Positions 15,800 to 23,184 of a DNA stretch of 32,000 nucleotides are shown here, piece by piece. The position numbers were made by a program, and so were the translations under genes. The stretch is from positions 21,437 to 53,436 of the forward strand of contig JAKPJZ010000100.1 in NCBI GenBank assembly GCA_029553955.1, in the 5' to 3' direction. The notes beneath the pieces were generated by a model. That model was given only the letters and a program-made list of their open reading frames with translations, was not told the origin of the DNA and searched no databases. This stretch comes from Chloroflexota bacterium. GTDB taxonomy: Bacteria > Chloroflexota > Anaerolineae > SpSt-313. Position 1 is the first letter of the stretch; each line of letters begins with the position of its first letter.

Positions 15800-16605
15800 G
15801 CCGCGCGCTCGAGCGCTCGCTCGGCGAGATCGGCGCGCGGCTGGAGCAGTCGCTCTTTGCCGAGGAGGTCAGCCGCCGCGCCGGTCTGCTGCAGTCGCTC
15901 GACCCGCGCGTCAAGGTCGTGACGACGCTGGCGCTGATCGTCGCCGCCAACCTGGCGCGGCGGGCGCCGGCCATCGCGGGGCTGTACCTGCTGGCGCTCC
16001 TGCTCGCCTGGGCCAGCGCCGTGCCGCTGGGCCTGTTCGTGCGCCGCGTGTGGCTGGCCGTGCCGCTCTTCACCGGGCTGGTGGCGCTGCCGGCGCTGGT
16101 GCTGACGCCGGGGCCAGTGCTGGCGCAGCTCCCGCTGGGGCTGGCCGTGACGCGCACCGGCGCGGTGACTGTGCTCTTGCTGCTGCTGCGTGTGGGCACG
16201 TCGGTGTCGCTCGGCCTGCTCCTGGTGCTGACCACGCCGTGGCCGGCGCTCCTCAGGGCGCTGACGGTGCTGCGCGTGCCCGACACCCTGGTGCTGATCG
16301 TGGGCATGACCTATCGCTACATCTATGTGCTGCTGCGGCTGGCCAACGACATGTTCCTCTCGCGCAAGAGCCGCGTGGTGAGCCGGCTGAGCGCGGCGCG
16401 CGAACGGCAGATGCAAGGGGCCATCGCCGGCACACTGCTCGCGCGGTCGCTGCACACCAGCGGCGAGGTGTACCTGACCATGCAGTCGCGCGGCTTTCGC
16501 GGCTACGGGCAGACGCTGCGGCCGGGCCGCGTGACCTGGCGCGATTGCCTTTGGGCTGCGGCCGTGGCCCTGGTTGCCGCCCTGGCCGTTCTCGTAGCCC
16601 GTTGA
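15796..16605 (+). CDS. cbiQ: ECF transporter transmembrane (T) component CbiQ
   Basis: GTGA overlap with cbiM. LDPRVKVVTTLALIV... and ...MTYRYIYVLLRLANDMFLSRKSRV...ARSLHTSGEVYLTMQSRGF are typical CbiQ/EcfT motifs. Confidence 0.85.
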   Translation: MSRALERSLGEIGARLEQSLFAEEVSRRAGLLQSLDPRVKVVTTLALIVAANLARRAPAIAGLYLLALLLAWASAVPLGLFVRRVWLAVPLFTGLVALPALVLTPGPVLAQLPLGLAVTRTGAVTVLLLLLRVGTSVSLGLLLVLTTPWPALLRALTVLRVPDTLVLIVGMTYRYIYVLLRLANDMFLSRKSRVVSRLSAARERQMQGAIAGTLLARSLHTSGEVYLTMQSRGFRGYGQTLRPGRVTWRDCLWAAAVALVAALAVLVAR

Positions 16606-16702
16606 GCCATCTGGCTGTGGACCATGCATGGCTGGGGGTGCCCGGGGTATCCTGGCGACGCGCCGGGCATTTCGCGCAGCTACCGCCCGGCTCCGAGCCA
16701 GG

Positions 16703-16792
16703 AGGGGTTTTGGTGGGTTGGCCCCGCGGGCTCCCCTGGCGCGCCCGCGGGCGCGCCAGGGGAGCCCGCGGGGCCAACCCACCAAAACCCCT
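16703..16792. repeat. 90-nt perfect palindrome (45-nt arms, no loop) between cbiQ and cbiO
   Basis: I checked base by base that 16703-16747 is the exact reverse complement of 16748-16792: AGGGGTTTTGGTGGGTTGGCCCCGCGGGCTCCCCTGGCGCGCCCG|CGGGCGCGCC...AAAACCCCT. Confidence 0.95.
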
Positions 16793-16859
16793 TGTAAGGT
16801 TCCGAACCGGGTATGCGCGGAGCGCGAGGCCCGGTCGCTGGTCTGGACTTGGAGGAGAA

Positions 16860-17615
16860 TTGGTCTCAGATCCCATCTTTGACGTGGCGGGCGTGCACTT
16901 TGGCTACGAGGGCAAGGTGCCTGCGCTCGTCGACGTCTCGCTCCGGGTGCAGGCGGGCGAGTGCGTGGCCATCCTGGGGGCCAACGGCTCGGGCAAGAGC
17001 ACGCTGCTCAAGCTGCTCGACGGGCTGTACTTTGCCGATCAGGGCACGGTGCGCGCCTTTGGCCAGGTGCTCAGCGAGCGCGCCTTCCGCAGCGAGGCGT
17101 TCAGCTTTGCCTTCCGCCGCCGCGTGGGCCTCGTGTTCCAGGACCCCGACGTGCAGCTCTTCTCGCCCTCGGTGCTCGACGAGGTGGCGTTCGCGCCGCT
17201 GCAGCTCGGCCTGAGCGCCGCCGAGGTGGAGCGGCGGGTGGCGAGCGCGATGCAGGCGTTGCGCATCGCGGCGCTCGCCGAGCGTCCCCCGCACCGGCTC
17301 TCGGGTGGGGAGAAGAAGCGGGTGGCGCTGGCCTCGGTGCTAAGCCTGCAGCCCGAGGTGTGGCTGCTCGACGAGCCGACCAGCGGGCTGGATCCGCGCA
17401 GCCAGGGCTGGCTCGTGGAGTTCATCCAAGAGCAGCACCGTGCGGGCAAGACCATGGTTATCGCCACCCACGACATCGCCATCGTGCAGCGCATCGCCAC
17501 CCGCGTCTGCGTGTTCGGCGAGGACCACCGCCTCGCCGCCGAGGGCGCCCCCGCGCAGGTGCTGCAGGATCACGACCTGCTGCACGCCTGCAACCTCATC
17601 CATAGCCATCCGTAG
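16860..17615 (+). CDS. cbiO: ECF transporter ATPase CbiO
   Basis: Walker A GANGSGKST, signature LSGGEKKRV, Walker B WLLDEPTSGLD. The start is uncertain: TTG 16860 lies 4 nt after GGAGG, with GTG 16884 as alternative. Confidence 0.85.
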   Translation: MVSDPIFDVAGVHFGYEGKVPALVDVSLRVQAGECVAILGANGSGKSTLLKLLDGLYFADQGTVRAFGQVLSERAFRSEAFSFAFRRRVGLVFQDPDVQLFSPSVLDEVAFAPLQLGLSAAEVERRVASAMQALRIAALAERPPHRLSGGEKKRVALASVLSLQPEVWLLDEPTSGLDPRSQGWLVEFIQEQHRAGKTMVIATHDIAIVQRIATRVCVFGEDHRLAAEGAPAQVLQDHDLLHACNLIHSHP

Positions 17616-17683
17616 CCTGTCTTCCGCAGCCGCCTCTTACTACTACCATACTTGTCTGGGAAGGCACAGGATCCGGGTACAGC

Positions 17684-17725
17684 GCTCCGCAGCCTCCGGG
17701 CCAGGGCCGGGAGGCTGCGGAGCGT
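17684..17725. terminator. GC-rich hairpin between convergent genes (possible bidirectional terminator, no U-tract)
   Basis: CGCTCCGCAGCCTCC...GGAGGCTGCGGAGCG forms a 15-17-bp stem between the cbiO stop (17615) and the stop of the minus-strand gene (17828). Confidence 0.4.
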
Positions 17726-17827
17726 GTCAGCCGGCAGCTACCCGGATTGCCAGCAGTGGCAGCGCCAAGTACAGTTGTAGTGCTCTGCTGGCTGCGGAAT
17801 CGGCTTAGCAGCCGGCGCTCCTGCGGG

Positions 17828-20238
17828 CTACGTGATAGTGCCCGCGCGCATCTGCTCGACCTCGGCCCGCGTGTAGCCGCCCAGTTCCCAGCGGGGCGTG
17901 TGCGCCACCAGTTCCTCGATCAGCTTTCTCGCGCGACGCAGTGTCGCGGCGCCCGAGACACCATAGTGGTGCTCGAGGCTGGCGACAAAGCTCGAGGCCG
18001 GCGTGCCCTGCCGGATCTCGCGCTGGATGACGCGTACGCTGATGTCGATGCCGGTGAGCTCGCTCAGCTCGCGCTCGATGCGCGCCTCCCCTCCGAAAGG
18101 GGCTGGTTGCCCTCGGCGATGGCATGCAGCGTCTGCAGGCTCCAGCGGCGCGGTGGAAGCCGGTGCGCACGCTTGCGGGTGGCCAGGGCCTGCACGTTGC
18201 CCACCTCGTGGATGGCCACGAGCCCGCTGGCCAGCACCTTGAAGTGCTGCTCGTCGCGCCGCAGCAGGCCCTCCACGCGCTCGAGGCTGCACCAGTCGCC
18301 AGGATGCAGCTCGGCGCTGACGCGAGCGTGCAGCTCCTCTACCTTGAGCGTTCCCTCGAGTCTGAGCAGGCCAAAGGCCGCCTTGAGGAACTCTTGCGCC
18401 TCAGCGATCTCGTGGGGCTGCAGGGGGCGTGGGCAGGCCGGCTCGGATGGCCCGTACTGCTCCTCATAGACAGCGTCAAAGCCCTGGCGCGCCTCGGCCA
18501 GTCGCGCCTCATCTTTCCAGTCGCCCCGCAGGATCAGGCGCGGCTCGTTGCTGGGCATGCCGCGGATCAGGAGCGTATAGCTCACGTTGCGCGCGGGCAC
18601 GGCGTACTCTTGGCGCAGGCTATCGATCTCGGCCTGCATCTGGGCTTCGATGTGCTCGGCCGAGGCCGGCCGCAACAGCGTGCAGTTGCTCCGGCATTCG
18701 GCCTTCTCGCAATCGCAGCCCACGCTGATGCCCCGTGGCGTCAGCCGCCAGGCGCGCACGGCTGGCCCGCGGCCCCTCTTGGCCAGGACGTAGGCGCGCA
18801 CCTCAGGCTCCCCCCACTCGACCTCGACCTCCAGCTTCCAGCCGGCGGTGTTGGGCCGCGGCGGCGCCTTGGCAGGGCGCGGGGCCGGCTTGGCCGGGCG
18901 CGGCCGCGCGGGCGGCGCTGCCGGCGCCTTGGCTGCCGGCGCGAGGCGGGCCTTCGTGGGCCGCGCCGGCTCCGCCGCCGGCGCTGCGGCCGCGGGTGCG
19001 CCGCCGGCGGCGTGGCAGAGCCCTACATGCTCGTGGCAGGTCGCGCGCCCGCAGATGCCGCAGCGGTTCAGGCTCGTCTGGCAGACGGGCCGGCCGCAGA
19101 CGGCGCAGGCGGCCATTTGCGCGGCGCACAGGCTGCAGTACACCCGCTTGCAGTCGGTGCACTGGTGCTCCAGCAGGCACTCGGCGTGCGCCAGGTGGCC
19201 GCCACTGCAGAGCTGCAGGCTGAGACCAGGCTGGCCGCAGACGTCGCAAGCCAGCGGCTCGATGGCATGGGGCAACGGGTCCCAGACGATGCGCCGCTGC
19301 ACTCTGGTGTTGCGGTTCTCGATCTGCACCAGGAGCTCGATCTTGGGCTGGGTGATGACCTGGACCGTGATCAGCTCCAGGTCGACGCGCAGCCGGTAGC
19401 GAGCCTCGGCGTCGGCGAGCTTGAGCTGGCGCTCGGCCTGCGCCGCCGCGATCTTGTCGTGCAACGTGGCCTGGCGCTCACCCTCGGCACGGCGCAGACG
19501 CCGCTCCAGGTCGCGTACCAAGTCGTCATAATACTGCTCCAGGCGCGCCCGGTCCAGCTCCAGGTGACGGGCGGCGCGCCGGCTCAGCCCCTCGATGGCG
19601 CCCGACATGCGGGCCACGGCCGCGCACTCGGCCCGTTTGAGGAGCCCGGCGAGTGCTGCGGTTTCCAGCGGCTGTGGCGCGTCGAGCCAGCGCGGCCGAG
19701 CAGTCGCCAGGTGCGCGAACGCCAGCGCTTCTTCCAGCGCGGCCTCAGTGCGGATGGCCTCCCACTCCACCGGCCAGCCGGCCTGGGCGTCGATGGCTAC
19801 CGTGGCCAGGTGCTCCTGCTTCTCGTCAGTGGTCAGCGTCACCTTGAAGGCGAAGACCAGGTAGTGCGACAGGACAGACCGCTCGACCTCTTTGGGCAGC
19901 TCCACCAGTCGGGCATTGGCAAACGACAGTGTCTGCCGCGCCGCTGCGGCCAGGCCCCGCTTGTCGAGGCGCACGGCATTGACATGGGCCTGTGCCGGCG
20001 CAGGCGAACGCCGGGCCAGCTCCACGATGCGATCGACCTGCGGGTGGCCCTGCGTCAGGTGCAGACGGCCGTCGTCTACGTCGACGTCGTCGAACACAAT
20101 CTCCTGCAGCGCCGGCACGCCGAGCTGGCCGGCCAGGGCGTCGGGCAGCAGCACCTCATGGGCGCCAAACCTGGGCGGCTCGACCAGGGCGCCGTTCACT
20201 TGCAGGAAATCCAGCACAAAATCCCGTAGGTCGCTCAT
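17828..20238 (-). CDS. large (about 800 aa) coiled-coil / multi-zinc-ribbon / Pro-Ala-linker protein translationally coupled to the SNF2 helicase, with an apparent 1-nt frameshift at 18088-18091
   Basis: ATG 20238 overlaps the helicase stop (ATGA). The Cys cluster reads CDVCGQ...CSGGH...CTDCKRVYCSLC...CAVCGRPVC...CGICGRATCHEH. A PA-rich linker follows. The 724-aa ORF stops at 18064, but coding clearly continues in another frame (EARIERELSELTGIDISVRVIQ...) to 17828. Confidence 0.7.
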
Positions 20239-22023
20239 TGCGCCGAGAAGTCCTCCCCAAAGAGTGCTTCGTCGTAATCGCGGGCGTGCCGATACGCCTC
20301 ACGGGCCTGCACTAGCTCGTCGCCGAGCCGCGCAAAGCTGCGTGCCGCCTCGTCGGGAGTTGCCGCCTGGACCCAGAGGTCCATGACGATATCATCGAAA
20401 TCGCGCTCGTCGGCCAGGTGGCCCAGGATCATATCCATCTCACCGATGACCAGCTCGAACATGTTGAGCTTGCGGTCGAGGATGTCGAGGATAGTCCTCC
20501 ACCGAGCCCTCGGCCGTCAGGTTGAAGACCTCGACCGGGCGCGTCTGGCCCACGCGGTGGATGCGGCCCACCCGCTGCTCGATGCGCTGTGGGTTCCACG
20601 GCAGATCGAAATTGACCATGGTGCGGCAGAACTGCAGGTTGCGGCCCTCGCCGGCGGCCTAGGTCGAAAGGAGGACACGGCCCTCGCGCTCAAAGCGCCG
20701 GATGGCCCCGTCCTTTGCCGCCGCGGTCATTTGGCCATGATAGAGCACGGGGTCGATGCCCATGCCACGCAGCCGGTCAGCCAGCAGCTCGAGCGTGGCC
20801 CGGAAATGGGTAAAGATGATGACCCTATCATCGCCGCCGGCCAGCACCGTCGACATCAGCAGCTTGTCGAGCGCGGCCGCTTTCGACCAGCCGGGCATGC
20901 TCGCCGCGCGCTCGGCCAGCGCCTCGAGTTCTTCGCGATAGGGCGCCATGGCCTCGTGCCGGGCCAGCGCCAGCAGCGTCGGCCGGGCAGCGGCGGGGCA
21001 ACTGCCGATCTCGCGTTGCAGCGCCTGCAGCGTGAAGCGATGCGCCTGCGACATGGTCGCGCCTGCCAGGCGCTCGCGGACGAAGGCGCTCGTGTCGTCG
21101 TAGAGGGCGCGCTCGGCCGGCGAGAGCTTGACGCTGACGGTGTGCGCGTGGCGCGGCGGCAGCTCGACGCTCGCCTGGCTGCGGCTGTGGCGTACCATGA
21201 CGTCGGCCAGCAGCTCGCGCAGCCGGCCGCGGTTCTTGGGCAGGCGCGGGTCGCCCTGCGCCACAAACTGGCGCCTGAACTCGCGCGGCGTCGCCAGTTG
21301 GCCCGGCTTTAGGATCGTGATCAGGTTGTACAGCTCGTCGAGGCTGTTCTCCACCGGCGTCGCGGTCAGCAGCAGGATGTACTTTTTCTGCAGGCTGTTG
21401 ACAAACTTCCACGAGACGCTGGCGCGGTTCTTCAGGTGATGCGCCTCGTCGACAATGACCAGGTCGTACATCTGTGCGGCGATGGCCTCGCGGTGTTCGG
21501 GGCGGCGCGCCGTCGGCAAGCTGGCAATGACGCGCGGGAAGGCGCCCCAGGCCTGCGCGCCCAGCTCGCGGAACTGGGCGTCGTAGCTGGAGACGAAATC
21601 GGGCAGGCCGAACTTGCCGGCCAGCTCTTCGCGCCATTGCTCGATCAGCGACGGCGGCGTGACGATCAGCACGCGCCGCGCCATGCCGCGTAGCAAGTAC
21701 TCCTTGAGCACCAGGCCCGCCTCGATGGTCTTGCCCAGCCCCACCTCGTCGCAGAGCAGGCCACGGCCACGGAAGCGTCGCAGGACCGCCTGGGCCGCGC
21801 TGACCTGATAGTCAAAGGGCGTAAAGCTCAGCGCGTCGAGGCAGGCGAGCACGTCAAAGCCGGCCACCAGCGCCATGCGCTCGGCCTGCAGCCGCACGCT
21901 ATGAGCGGTCGCGCTCGCGAATCGGCCCTGGGCGAGCAGGTCCAGCACACCCTGGGCGCCCGGCAGCAGGCGCACGTTTTCGATTACCAGTGGCTTGATA
22001 GTATCCGACATAATGGGAATCAT
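20235..22023 (-). pseudogene. SNF2-family (RapA/HepA-like) helicase with an in-frame TAG and a frameshift near the 3' end
   Basis: Motifs DEVGLGKTIEAG, VIVDEAHHLKN and LLLTATPVENSL, then ...GRVLLST-TAG(20659-20661)[38 protein letters not shown]. A frame change at about 20489-20494 follows, then [23 protein letters not shown] to the stop at 20235. Start is ATG 22023 or 22011. Confidence 0.85.
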
Positions 22024-22083
22024 ACCACAGAGAAAACTCCAAATCAAGCGCCGCGGCGAGACACCATCGGGCGCGCAGCGCAG

Positions 22084-22113
22084 TTGACATGAAGATGGGT
22101 AAAGTGCTAAAAT
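22084..22113 (+). promoter_or_regulatory. sigma70-like promoter (TTGACA-N18-TAAAAT) for the RyR gene
   Basis: TTGACA at 22084-22089 and TAAAAT at 22108-22113, about 50 nt before ATG 22162. Confidence 0.55.
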
Positions 22114-22161
22114 TCGGTCAAGCCCGTTACACCCGCCTTGCCCGGGTGGAGGAGGAGAGCG

Positions 22162-22446
22162 ATGCCCTACCAGCCACAGCCCATCGACACCTCGCACATA
22201 GAGCTTGGCGACGATATCCGCGCGCTGGCCGAGCGCCTGGCCGAGAACGCCCACGAGCAATGGTCGCGGCAGCGCCTGGCCGACGGCTGGCGCTACGGCC
22301 CGCACCGCGATGACGCCCGCAAGGAGACCCCCAACCTCGTGCCCTACAGCGAGCTGCCCGAGTTCGAGAAGGAATACGACCGCATCCTGGTCGCCGAGAC
22401 GTTGAAGGCCATCATCGCCCTCGGCTTTCGCATCGAAAGGGCCTGA
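22162..22446 (+). CDS. stand-alone RyR (ryanodine-receptor repeat) domain protein, 94 aa
   Basis: ALAERLAENAHEQWSRQRLADGWRYGPHRDDARKETPNLVPYSELPEFEKEYDRILVAETLKAIIALGFRI is a textbook RyR-domain pattern. SD GGAGGAGGAG lies upstream. Confidence 0.85.
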   Translation: MPYQPQPIDTSHIELGDDIRALAERLAENAHEQWSRQRLADGWRYGPHRDDARKETPNLVPYSELPEFEKEYDRILVAETLKAIIALGFRIERA

Positions 22447-22463
22447 TGGCATCAGGACCGGTT

Positions 22464-22503
22464 GGTAGACCTGGCAGGTCTGCGAAGACCTGCCAGGTCT
22501 ACC
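22464..22503. terminator. 18-bp perfect hairpin after the RyR gene (possible terminator, no U-tract)
   Basis: GGTAGACCTGGCAGGTCT gcga AGACCTGCCAGGTCTACC. A smaller hairpin, CCTGATggcATCAGG, spans the stop codon. Confidence 0.45.
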
Positions 22504-22538
22504 TGGGCTGCTTGGCCGACATGAGGGGATAGGGCGCA

Positions 22539-22568
22539 ATGGCCCATGACGTCTTTATCAGCTACGCA
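22539..22568 (+). pseudogene. 10-codon remnant of a TIR-domain-type gene start
   Basis: ATGGCCCATGACGTCTTTATCAGCTACGCA encodes MAHDVFISYA, the canonical TIR N-terminal strand (DVFISY). Similarity ends exactly where the repeat array begins (22569). Confidence 0.35.
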
Positions 22569-23070
22569 TCGGCCGGCAGCCGTCGCCAGCCGGTGGCGCA
22601 GGCGTCCTCGCCTGCGCCACCGGCCCGTGGGACAGGCTTTCTAAATGCTTCCAGGTTGATTGTGCTATACGTCAGCGATCCATGGGGCCGACGGAGTTGG
22701 CCACGAATGGCACGAATTGCCACGAATGGAGAGCCTTCGTGCGAATTCGTGCAATTCGTGGCCTCATTCCTCGTCCAGATACGTCCAGGTCGATTGTAGG
22801 CTACGGGAGCACGCTTCCTGAACGTATCCGCGTAACGCAGGATCTAACTGGAAGCATTTAGCCCGTCGGTTGTCGGCCGGTGCGAGGGCCGGCGGGCTGG
22901 AGAGCCCGCCCCACCGGCCCGTGGGACGGGCTTTCGAGCCGTCAAGGATCGGCCGGCGCGAGGGCTGGCGGGCTGGTAAGCCCGCCCCCCACAGGCCCGT
23001 GGGACGGGCTTTCGAGCCCGTCAAGGGTCGGCCGGCGCGAGGGCCGGCGGGCTGGAAAGCCCGCCCCACG
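22569..23070. repeat. tandem array of about 76-79-bp hairpin-bearing units (3.5 units; unit 0 is interrupted by an inserted element)
   Basis: Units start with TCGGCCGG at 22569, 22873, 22949 and 23028. Each carries GGCGGGCTggnnAGCCCGCC and GCCCGTgggACGGGC hairpins. Unit 0 has a different compensated stem, GGCGCAGGCgtcctcGCCTGCGCC. Confidence 0.8.
22641..22861. mobile_element. 221-bp MITE-like insertion with 14-bp perfect terminal inverted repeats
   Basis: CTAAATGCTTCCAG (22641-22654) and CTGGAAGCATTTAG (22848-22861). The element splits repeat unit 0 (GGCTTT|...|CCCGTC versus the intact GGCTTTCGAGCCCGTC). It contains an internal CACGAAT-based palindrome and no transposase. Confidence 0.5.
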
Positions 23071-23184
23071 GGCGCGTACCTGCATCTTGACGACTGGGTG
23101 CCAGCGCACGAGGCCGCAAGCAGGGCGCCGTGGCGCCACAGGCCTGATTCGGGGCGGCGTGGCCCCGGGAAAGGTGGTTGAGCG

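Noticed and set aside
16050-16859. The N-terminal 270 aa of the 521-aa ORF that ends as cbiO.
   Set aside because: This part overlaps cbiQ in another frame and reads straight through the 90-nt palindrome. Only the part from about 16860 onward has ABC ATPase motifs.
18124-20229. A 701-aa plus-strand ORF opposite the Zn-ribbon partner gene.
   Set aside because: It has shadow-ORF composition, no SD or family motif, and the minus-strand product has coherent domain structure and translational coupling to the helicase.
20659-20661. The in-frame TAG in the SNF2 helicase as pyrrolysine or programmed read-through.
   Set aside because: It replaces a conserved Glu in a standard helicase motif. The same gene also has a frameshift. 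There is no reason to expect Pyl machinery. A nonsense mutation or sequencing error is far more likely.
22569-23070. Possible CRISPR array, given the regularly spaced repeats.
   Set aside because: The units abut each other as true tandem repeats of 76-79 bp with no unique spacers. The units are internally hairpin-rich, and no cas genes are present.
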